Shown here: piece by piece, positions 33,001 through 42,447 of the stretch
How positions within the stretch are numbered: position 1 is the stretch's first letter
Layout of the letters: each line of letters opens with the position of its first letter
Assembly: GCA_965261735.1 (NCBI GenBank)
Contig: OZ253470.1
Coordinates: forward strand, 3,584,001-3,648,000
Direction: 5' to 3'
DNA length: 64,000 nucleotides
Source of the DNA: Alphaproteobacteria bacterium
Lineage (GTDB): Bacteria > Pseudomonadota > Alphaproteobacteria > SHVV01
The notes under the pieces: model-generated
What the model was told of the DNA's origin: nothing
Seen by the model: the letters and a program-made list of their open reading frames with translations, nothing else
The model's database searches: none
Made by a program: the position numbers and the translations under genes

Positions 33001-34374
33001 CGATGGGGTGGACGCCCCTCCCGACGGCATCGCGATGTGCCAGGTTGGCGGTGTTGTTAACGCCAAGCGAGGAAGGGGGCGTCCATGGAACAGGTTCACA
33101 TGATCGGGATCGATCTGGCGAAGAACAGCTTTCAGCTGCACGGTGCGCGGGCGGATGGGTTGGTTGCGTTCCGCAAGAAGCTGAGCCGGGCGAAGCTGTT
33201 GGACTTTGTGGCTGCGCAGCCACGCTGCACGGTGGCGATGGAGGCGTGCGGCGGCGCGCACCATTGGGGCCGGGAGATCGGCAGTCTCGGCCATGCGGTG
33301 CGACTGGTCCCACCGATCTACGTCAAAGCGTACGTCAAGCGGCAAAAGAACGACGCGTCGGATGCGGAGGCGATCTGCGAGGCGTCGTCGCGGCCGACCA
33401 TGCGCTTTGTGGCTGTGAAGACGGAGGAACAGCAGGCTCGGGGCATGCTGTTCCGGACGCGCGATCTTCTGGTGCGCCAGCGCACCCAGACGATTAATGC
33501 GCTGCGCGGCCATCTGGCGGAGTTCGGTGTCATTGCCCCACAGGGGCCGGCTCATGTCGGCCGGCTGACCTCGGCGCTTGAGGGACCGGCTTCGAGGTTG
33601 CCGGAAGCGGTCCGCGAGCTGGCCGGCCTTCTGCTTGAGCAGATCGCCGGCCTCGATGCGAAGATTGCGGGCCTGGAGAGGGAGGTCCACGTGAGAGCAC
33701 GGCAGGATGAGGAGGCGAGGCGCCTGATGAGCGTGCCGGGGATCGGGCCGATCAGCGCGATGGCAATCCAGGCCTTCGCACCGCCGATGGAGAGTTTCCG
33801 GCGCGGCCGCGACTTCTCCGCTTGGCTCGGCCTCGTGCCGCGCCAGCACACGACCGGCGGCAAGCCGAAGCTGGGCAAGATATCGAAGATGGGCCAGCGC
33901 GATCTGAGACGGCTGCTGATCACAGGCGCGATGACTGTGGTCCGCTGGGCGGTTCGGCGCGGCGTGACGACGGACCCCTGGCTGGCCGGGATGCTGGCGC
34001 GCAAGCCGAGGATGCTCGTCGCGGTGGCGCTGGCCAACAGGATGGCGCGCATCGTCTGGGTGCTACTGACGAAGAAGAAGAGCTACCGGGCTCCCGCCAC
34101 CGCCTGAGAGAACGGCGAAGTGCGGGAAGCCGTCGGGGATGTGGGCAGGACGGAGGACAGGTAAGGGCAAAGGTCAACGAGACCGGGTTGGGAAAACCAG
34201 CATCCGAACGGAGAGCTTTCAAGCTCGCGTAACCGATTTGGACCCAATCCGCGTATCTCCATACGGGCCCGCGGCGTGTCATCTGCCGCATAGAGAGGCC
34301 GGACACACGACAGCACCTGACCGCATGCACCGAGCCGACCAAAAACTGCTTGCATCAACGGGGGCGTCCACACA
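33001..34374 (+). mobile_element. IS1111-group element copy 3, intact (recombinase 33085-34107)
   Basis: CGATGGG-GTGGACGCCCC ... GGGGCGTCCAC-ACA ends. Confidence 0.97.
34108..34374 (+). ncRNA. Predicted bridge/seek RNA of the IS1111 element; exact RNA ends unknown; also on the minus strand at 18211-18477, 25000-25266 and 50575-50841
   Basis: Stem GGGTTGGG/CCCAATCC encloses CCGAACG - hairpin GAGCT-TTCA-AGCTC - GTAACCG; a second loop carries CCATACG and ACACACGA, matching the element-end junction. Confidence 0.85.
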
Positions 34375-35652
34375 CGTTCGATCGGGTTTGTGGAGTGCAA
34401 TTTCTGGCGGTGCTCCCTGGGGAAGCTCATGTAGGCGAGGACGTCGTGCTCGGCTTCGTCCATGAGAACTGCCAGCTTGGGCACCTTGGGCCTGAGCTGG
34501 TCGGCGACCTGGCGCCACTGGACCTTCGCGCTGTCGGCGTCCTCCTGGGCGAAGGCGGAGACGACGCGCCGGCCCTGGCGGCCGGCATGGGCCAGCAGGT
34601 TGCGGGCGAAGTGCACGCGGCAGCGCTGCCATGTGGCGCCGAGGATCCGGGTCGCGGCGGCCTTCAGGCCCTTGTGGTCGTCGGAGATCACCAGCTTCAC
34701 GCCGCGCAGCCCGCGCCGGGCCAGCGAGCGCAGGAACTCGGTCCAGAAGGTCTCGGCCTCCGACGCGCCGATCGCCACGCCCAGGACCTCGCGGCGGCCT
34801 TGGTCGTTGACGGCCACAGCCACGGTCACCGCGACCGAGACGATGCGTCCGGTCTGGCGCACCTTCACGTAGGTGGCGTCGAGCCACAGATAGGGCCAGT
34901 CGCCCTCCAGCGGTCGATCGAGGAAGCCGGTGACCTTATCGTCGATCTCGCCGCACAGCCTGGAGACCTGGCTCTTGGAGGCGCCCGACATCCCCATCGC
35001 CTGAACCAGATCGTCGACCGAGCGGGTCGACACCCCCTGGATGTAGGCCTCCTGGATCACCGCAGCCAGCGCCTTCTCGGCCATCCGCCGCGGCTCCAGG
35101 AAGCCCGGGAAGTAGCTTCCCTTCCTCAGCTTCGGGATCTTCAGCTCGACCGTGCCGGCCCGCGTCTCCCAGGACCGGTCGCGGTAGCCGTTGCGATGGG
35201 TGATACGATCCGCCGAGCGCTCGCCGTGCCCGGCGCCGGTCAGGCCCTCAACCTCCAGTGCCATCAGCCGCTCGGCCGTGAAGCCGATCATCTCGCAAAG
35301 CAGATCGGCATCGGAGCTCTTCTCCAAAAGCGCGCGCAGGGTCATCATGTCCTGGGTCATCGTGGTTCTCCTTCGGGTCAGGTTGGTTTGCACTAGCCCA
35401 ACCCTAAACCGGAACCGCGATGGCCTCCGCTGTGGATAGCCGGCTTGCCTACGCCAGACTCTCGGCGGTCGCTACGGCAAGCCGCCTACCCACAGCTAAC
35501 AGAGGCTCCAACAACTCCTACACCACGTCCTGGGACACGACCTTCCTCCTTTGCTCAGCAGCCACTGCGGTACCACGCTTTGCGATCCGCGCACTCATTT
35601 TTTGTATATTATTTGGAAGCGGAAAAAGGTTTCGTAAAGCAGCGGAACTAGC

Positions 35653-35967
35653 TTATGCCAGTGCAGGCACTTGTAGTTCCACCGCGTCACCTTTTACGGT
35701 CACATCGAATTTCTGTACCGGTTTGCCGGCGTTGCCAACGCCCTTCCAGACATCGACACGGAATGCGTGCAGGGGGCACTGGACCTCGGTGCCGTCGAAC
35801 TCGCCTTCACCCAGTGATCCACCGGCATGCGGGCAACGATTGTTGATCGCCGCGCAATGCTCGCCAACTCGGAACACGGCAACCCTCAAACGTTCATTAA
35901 CGTCGATGATTTTCGCGCCGTTGTCCGGGATATCGCTCAGTTGCAGATTAATCGTTTGGTCGCCCAC
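35653..35967 (-). CDS. Rieske 2Fe-2S ferredoxin
   Basis: CPHAGGSL...QCPLH motifs. Confidence 0.92.
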   Translation of the reverse strand: MGDQTINLQLSDIPDNGAKIIDVNERLRVAVFRVGEHCAAINNRCPHAGGSLGEGEFDGTEVQCPLHAFRVDVWKGVGNAGKPVQKFDVTVKGDAVELQVPALA

Positions 35968-36230
35968 GCACTTACCTCACTACTAATTCCGGTGGAGAGA
36001 CTGCCACCAGATGCCCCGCGCGGCAATCTAACGTTGTAGGCGCCCTCGCCGGTCTGATCCCGCGCAATCTGGGCTTTGATGGCGTGCTGGGCTTCCTTCA
36101 GCTCGCGGGCAATAGGGTCGAAGAAGTGAAGGCGCGGGCGGCACGGCGGTGGGCGTCCGAGAAATTCGCAGGCGCCGCCGACGGGGCGGCAGCGAACGCC
36201 ACCCCGCCGGTCGCACACCGCAAAGACCCT

Positions 36231-36479
36231 CTACAGGCCGTTGAGAATGATCCGCATCGCTTTTGCCAAGGCGAGCTGGGCCTCAGTGTGCGAGCCGGAC
36301 TTATGCAAGGATTCACCCTCATCGCGCAGTTGCTTGACTTCGCTGGACTGCGAGGCGTTGAGGCTGACCTTCGACATGGCGGCGTCGATGGCCTTGACGT
36401 CTGCTGGACAATGGAATGCGAGCGCGGGCGCGGAGATCGCAAGCGTGAGCGCCCCGGCAAGGAAAATACGTCCGATCAT
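36231..36479 (-). CDS. Small secreted helical protein
   Basis: RBS AGGAGG; signal peptide ending PALA; FHCPADVKAIDAA. Confidence 0.75.
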   Translation of the reverse strand: MIGRIFLAGALTLAISAPALAFHCPADVKAIDAAMSKVSLNASQSSEVKQLRDEGESLHKSGSHTEAQLALAKAMRIILNGL

Positions 36480-36687
36480 GGCTTCCTCCTGTTTGAACCG
36501 CCGACGGTTTTGCGGGCTTTGAAACTCGTCGAAGGTTAAACACGCGCCGTAGCCGTCTATTCCCGGGCCCGCACGGGCGGGTACGCGGCCGCCACTGACC
36601 CCCAGTTAACGCCTGCGCCTCGAGGAACGCCCTGGACGTGCCGGCGCTGACGGCGGCCGGTGTCCCGACCGCCGATTCAAGCGATAC

Positions 36688-37731
36688 TTACTTTTTGCCG
36701 AAAATCTCCCTGATATTCTCCTGGAAGTACTCCTCCGACACGACCTCGTTCGGCATGGCGTTGGGCACGAGCTTGGCGTCCTTGAGCTTGGCGTAGCCAC
36801 CGCCGATCAGTTCCGGCTTGGCGGGGACTCTTCCTGAGTCGCCGAGGATCTTCTGCGCCGAGTCCGACATCATATAGTCGATGAACAGTTTGCCCGCATT
36901 GGGGTGCGGCGCGTTGGCCGACAGGCTGGTAACCAGGCCCAAGACCGTCATCCATTCCGGCACTCCCCAATCGACGGGAGCCCCGTCGGCCTTCACCGGC
37001 TCGGTGAATTGGGGATAGGCGGCGACGTGAATGGCGATCTCGCCCGACATGAGCATCTCGCGCACCTGCATGTAGCGCCCATATTTGGGCTTCTGAGCGG
37101 CGAGCTTATTCATGTAGTCGAGCCACTTCTGTTCGCCGAGCTCTTGACGCATCGTGACGGCCCAGCTGCGGGCACCGCCGGTCCCCAATGGATCCTGCAT
37201 GCCGATCCTGCCCTTCCACTTCGGATCGAGCAGGTCGTTCCAGGTCTTGGGCTCCTCGCCGGGCTTCACCAGGTTGGTGTTCCAGGCGAAGCTCGTGTTG
37301 TTCATGGCGTACGGATTGTTGTAGCCGTTGGCGTCCCTAAGCGCGGGCGGATAGTTCGCCTGCTGCGGCGAAACGTACTGTGCCAGCAAGTTCTGTTCCA
37401 CCCAGCCCGGCGTGGTCACGACGGTCGACAGCATCACGTCGACGACGTGGCGGCCGGTCTTCGATTCGGTCTCGAAGCGCTGGGCGTATTGGCGGGTGTC
37501 GCCGCGGAAGAAGTCGACGTCGATACCCGGGTACTTGCTCTGGAAATCGTTCTTCAGAGTCTGCAGCAGCTCGATCGGCTGGCCGGAATAGAAGACGAGC
37601 TTGCCCTCTTTCTTAGCGGCTTCGTAAGTGGCCTGCGCATCAGCCGCAGGCGCCGTGAACAGGCCCCCGATAGCCGCAAACACCGCTGCGGCGCCAAGCC
37701 AGCGCCAGCGAATCGGCGAAGTGGTTAGCAT
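36688..37731 (-). CDS. ABC transporter solute-binding protein (AfuA/FutA-like); no permease adjacent
   Basis: Signal peptide; AAKKEGKLVFYS; PKTWNDLLDPKWKG; APHPNAGKLFIDY. Confidence 0.9.
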   Translation of the reverse strand: MLTTSPIRWRWLGAAAVFAAIGGLFTAPAADAQATYEAAKKEGKLVFYSGQPIELLQTLKNDFQSKYPGIDVDFFRGDTRQYAQRFETESKTGRHVVDVMLSTVVTTPGWVEQNLLAQYVSPQQANYPPALRDANGYNNPYAMNNTSFAWNTNLVKPGEEPKTWNDLLDPKWKGRIGMQDPLGTGGARSWAVTMRQELGEQKWLDYMNKLAAQKPKYGRYMQVREMLMSGEIAIHVAAYPQFTEPVKADGAPVDWGVPEWMTVLGLVTSLSANAPHPNAGKLFIDYMMSDSAQKILGDSGRVPAKPELIGGGYAKLKDAKLVPNAMPNEVVSEEYFQENIREIFGKK

Positions 37732-38228
37732 TGGTATTTCTCCCTTGTTCTCGTAATTTGCCTCGATCGCGCAACAACGCTCCGCAGATTAGGCGGTCCA
37801 TGTGACCGGCGCAAGCCTGCGGCCTCGAGGCGCCAAACGCAACTGATTTGCGCCACACTTGGCACTTCCGGACTCGTCCTCTTGGATGGTGAAGTCCTAA
37901 TTTGAAACAGCTCGGTTGTAATTGGCACGACCTTTTCGACTTCAAGAAGCTCTGTCGACCTGACCTATCCGATCGACGGAGGCGAGACGTTCGCCTGAGA
38001 GGCGGGACGTCCAGGTGAAGGGGGGGCGCATCCGGAGTCGGCGACCGCGGCGAGCGTATGAAGCGGCCGGTCATCGGTGAGCCGGTCGGATCTCGGCCCG
38101 GCTACGCGCGCGGATGATCGGAGTGTCGTTCATATGCGCTCTCCGTGATGGATGCGGAAAATGAAGCGCCTGCCCGGAGGGGTTCCGGACGGGGTGCTTG
38201 CCGTGGCGGGCGGTCAGTGGACGAGGCT

Positions 38229-39069
38229 GCGCATTCCGACAAAAGCGGCCACTGATTCCGATCCAAAACGGCCACTTTGGCCGGGGGTCGAAATTGGCGT
38301 CGTGATCGTCGCCGTTGGGTGCTTCCTTGATGTCATTTTCGTTCGGCGTGGTCAACGTCGTTGGCGTTGAAGTTTTCGGCGATGGTCTTTCGCATGGAGG
38401 GCCCGTCGAGGTTGATTCTGTGGGAGTTGTGGACGATACGGTCGAGGATGGCGTCGGCGAATGTGGGTTCGCCGATGACGTCGTGCCATTTGTCGACGGG
38501 CAGTTGGCTGGTGATCAGGATGGCGGCGTTTTGGTACCGGTCCTCGACGATTTCCATGAGGTCGCGTCGCTGATCGGCGCTGAGGCGGTCGGGTCCCCAA
38601 TCGTCGAGGATGAGGAGATTGGCCTTGGTGAGCGCGCGGAACAGGCGGGGGTAGCGTCCGTCGGCGCGCCCTGTTTCGAGCTCGGCTAACATCCTGGGGA
38701 CGCGCTTGTAGAGAACGGAGAAGTCGTCGCGGCAGGCCTTTTGGCCGAGCGCGCAGGCGAGCCATGATTTTCCGACGCCACAGGGACCAGTGACGATCAG
38801 GTTCTGTTTGCCGGCGATCCATTTGCCGCGCGCCAGTTGCTGGAAGAGGGCTTTGTCGAGGCGTCGGGAAGCCCGGTAATCGACATCCTCGATACAGGCG
38901 TCTGGATGGCGCAGGCGGGCGTTGCGGAGCCTGTAGGTCAGTCGCCGGTCGTCGCGTTCGGCTTCCTCGCGGTCGAGCAGCAAGGCCAGCCATTGGCTAT
39001 GGTCGAGCTCGCCGGCCTGGGGATTGTCGTTGAGCTCGGCGAAAGCGCGGGCCATGCCGTGCAGCTTGA
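38229..39069 (-). mobile_element. istB: IS21 right end plus near-complete istB ATPase
   Basis: LKLHGM, GPCGVGKS, LLILDDWG, ITSQLP, ADAILDR; end TGCGCATTCCG with repeated CGGCCAC boxes. Confidence 0.92.
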
Positions 39070-40503
39070 GGTCGTGTCCCAGGACGTGGTGTAGGAGTTG
39101 TTGGAGCCTCTGTTAGCTGTGGGTAGGCGGCTTGCCGTAGCGACCGCCGAGAGTCTGGCGTAGGCAAGCCGGCTATCCACAGCGGAGGCCATCGCGGTTC
39201 CGGTTTAGGGTTGGGCTAGTGCAAACCAACCTGACCCGAAGGAGAACCACGATGACCCAGGACATGATGACCCTGCGCGCGCTTTTGGAGAAGAGCTCCG
39301 ATGCCGATCTGCTTTGCGAGATGATCGGCTTCACGGCCGAGCGGCTGATGGCACTGGAGGTTGAGGGCCTGACCGGCGCCGGGCACGGCGAGCGCTCGGC
39401 GGATCGTATCACCCATCGCAACGGCTACCGCGACCGGTCCTGGGAGACGCGGGCCGGCACGGTCGAGCTGAAGATCCCGAAGTTGAGGAAGGGAAGCTAC
39501 TTCCCGGGCTTCCTGGAGCCGCGGCGGATGGCCGAGAAGGCGCTGGCTGCGGTGATCCAGGAGGCCTACATCCAGGGGGTGTCGACCCGCTCGGTCGACG
39601 ATCTGGTTCAGGCGATGGGGATGTCGGGCGCCTCCAAGAGCCAGGTCTCCAGGCTGTGCGGCGAGATCGACGATAAGGTCACCGGCTTCCTCGATCGACC
39701 GCTGGAGGGCGACTGGCCCTATCTGTGGCTCGACGCCACCTACGTGAAGGTGCGCCAGATCGGACGCATCGTCTCGGTCGCGGTGACCGTGGCTGTGGCC
39801 GTCAACGACCAAGGCCGCCGCGAGGTCCTGGGCGTGGCGATCGGCGCGTCGGAGGCCGAGACCTTCTGGACCGAGTTCCTGCGCTCGCTGGCCCGGCGCG
39901 GGCTGCGCGGCGTGAAGCTGGTGATCTCCGACGACCACAAGGGCCTGAAGGCCGCCGCGACCCGGATCCTCGGCGCCACATGGCAGCGCTGCCGCGTGCA
40001 CTTCGCCCGCAACCTGCTGGCCCATGCCGGCCGCCAGGGCCGGCGCGTCGTCTCCGCCTTCGCCCAGGAGGACGCCGACAGCGCGAAGGTCCAGTGGCGC
40101 CAGGTCGCCGACCAGCTCAGGCCCAAGGTGCCCAAGCTGGCAGTTCTCATGGACGAAGCCGAGCACGACGTCCTCGCCTACATGAGCTTCCCCAGGGAGC
40201 ACCGCCAGAAATTGCACTCCACAAACCCGATCGAACGGCTCCATGCCGAGGTCAAGCGTCGCACCAACGTCGTCGGTATCTTTCCCAACGAAGCCGCCAT
40301 CACACGGCTCGTCGGCGCCATCCTTCTCGAGCAGAACGACGAGTGGGCCGTCTCAAGGAGATACATGACGCTGGAATCCATCGCTCCGCTGAGCGATGGT
40401 GTCCCCATCACGCTGCCCACCGTGGCAGCCTGAACGTCCCGGCCCTACCCGCCGGGAGCCGCGTAGAGCGCAACGCTCTTACACCACTCCGCGGGACACG
40501 ATC
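39070..40503 (+). mobile_element. IS256 type 1, complete
   Basis: TIRs; flanks CAGCTTGA / CCTCAATG. Confidence 0.97.
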
Positions 40504-40804
40504 CCTCAATGCCATCGTTATCGATAATTTGGCGGAGCCCCCGCGTCATCTGGTAGTCGGCCGTGCGGCTCTTCTCAACGAAGATTGTGTGCGCCATGTT
40601 GAGACGCCCGGTCCTCGCCTCATGGTCGTCGGACTTTTCATAGACAAAGATGATGAGGTGGTAACCGAGCCCATAAATCTTTTGGCGCGCCGACTTGAAT
40701 GGACAAGAGGACTGAGGTTGCCGGATGCTTGTGACCTTGATATCCAAATCGAGGCTCGGAATGTCGATGCCGCTAGCGGAGTTGCCCTCAGGCATCTCAA
40801 GCTG
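40504..40804 (-). pseudogene. Inverted middle fragment of a type II restriction endonuclease
   Basis: GNSASGID...DIKVTSIRQPQSSCPF (PD-(D/E)xK-like); the reading frame continues at 42239. Confidence 0.82.
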
Positions 40805-42238
40805 GATCGTGTCCCGCGGAGTGGTGTAAGAGCGTTGCGCTCTACGCGGCTCCCGGCGGGTAGGGCCGGGACGTTCAGGCTGCCACGGTGGGCAGCGTGA
40901 TGGGGACACCATCGCTCAGCGGAGCGATGGATTCCAGCGTCATGTATCTCCTTGAGACGGCCCACTCGTCGTTCTGCTCGAGAAGGATGGCGCCGACGAG
41001 CCGTGTGATGGCGGCTTCGTTGGGAAAGATACCGACGACGTTGGTGCGACGCTTGACCTCGGCATGGAGCCGTTCGATCGGGTTTGTGGAGTGCAATTTC
41101 TGGCGGTGCTCCCTGGGGAAGCTCATGTAGGCGAGGACGTCGTGCTCGGCTTCGTCCATGAGAACTGCCAGCTTGGGCACCTTGGGCCTGAGCTGGTCGG
41201 CGACCTGGCGCCACTGGACCTTCGCGCTGTCGGCGTCCTCCTGGGCGAAGGCGGAGACGACGCGCCGGCCCTGGCGGCCGGCATGGGCCAGCAGGTTGCG
41301 GGCGAAGTGCACGCGGCAGCGCTGCCATGTGGCGCCGAGGATCCGGGTCGCGGCGGCCTTCAGGCCCTTGTGGTCGTCGGAGATCACCAGCTTCACGCCG
41401 CGCAGCCCGCGCCGGGCCAGCGAGCGCAGGAACTCGGTCCAGAAGGTCTCGGCCTCCGACGCGCCGATCGCCACGCCCAGGACCTCGCGGCGGCCTTGGT
41501 CGTTGACGGCCACAGCCACGGTCACCGCGACCGAGACGATGCGTCCGGTCTGGCGCACCTTCACGTAGGTGGCGTCGAGCCACAGATAGGGCCAGTCGCC
41601 CTCCAGCGGTCGATCGAGGAAGCCGGTGACCTTATCGTCGATCTCGCCGCACAGCCTGGAGACCTGGCTCTTGGAGGCGCCCGACATCCCCATCGCCTGA
41701 ACCAGATCGTCGACCGAGCGGGTCGACACCCCCTGGATGTAGGCCTCCTGGATCACCGCAGCCAGCGCCTTCTCGGCCATCCGCCGCGGCTCCAGGAAGC
41801 CCGGGAAGTAGCTTCCCTTCCTCAGCTTCGGGATCTTCAGCTCGACCGTGCCGGCCCGCGTCTCCCAGGACCGGTCGCGGTAGCCGTTGCGATGGGTGAT
41901 ACGATCCGCCGAGCGCTCGCCGTGCCCGGCGCCGGTCAGGCCCTCAACCTCCAGTGCCATCAGCCGCTCGGCCGTGAAGCCGATCATCTCGCAAAGCAGA
42001 TCGGCATCGGAGCTCTTCTCCAAAAGCGCGCGCAGGGTCATCATGTCCTGGGTCATCGTGGTTCTCCTTCGGGTCAGGTTGGTTTGCACTAGCCCAACCC
42101 TAAACCGGAACCGCGATGGCCTCCGCTGTGGATAGCCGGCTTGCCTACGCCAGACTCTCGGCGGTCGCTACGGCAAGCCGCCTACCCACAGCTACCAGAG
42201 GCTCCAACAACTCCTACACCACGTCCTGGGACACGACC
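40805..42238 (-). mobile_element. IS256 type 1, complete
   Basis: TIRs; flanks TCAAGCTG / CATTGAGG. Confidence 0.97.
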
Positions 42239-42443
42239 CATTGAGGACGACATAGTTGCCTTCCTTCAGGACAAAAACCTTCCGGTGGATTAAATCGAAG
42301 CTCGGAAGCTTGCAGCGGACATCCTTCGGGAGCCGCCACTTCAGGGCTACCTAACTATTTCCAACGCCCTGCAATGGCGGCTTCAGTACGGGCGTGTCAT
42401 CGCACAGGCCGGGGGCATCACGGGCATCGATAGGGTGCGCTAA
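42239..42443 (+). pseudogene. Restriction endonuclease C-terminal fragment with an internal stop
   Basis: IEDDIVAFLQDKNLPVD*...GYLTISNALQWRLQY; ends 4 bp before the MTase start. Confidence 0.78.
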
Positions 42444-42447
42444 CGTG

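Larger units (their letters stand above)
32735..35542 (-). mobile_element. IS256 type 1 disrupted by IS1111 at the same site as 17043-19849
   Basis: Both TIRs present; flanks CGGCGGAT / TTCCTCCT do not match. Confidence 0.95.
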
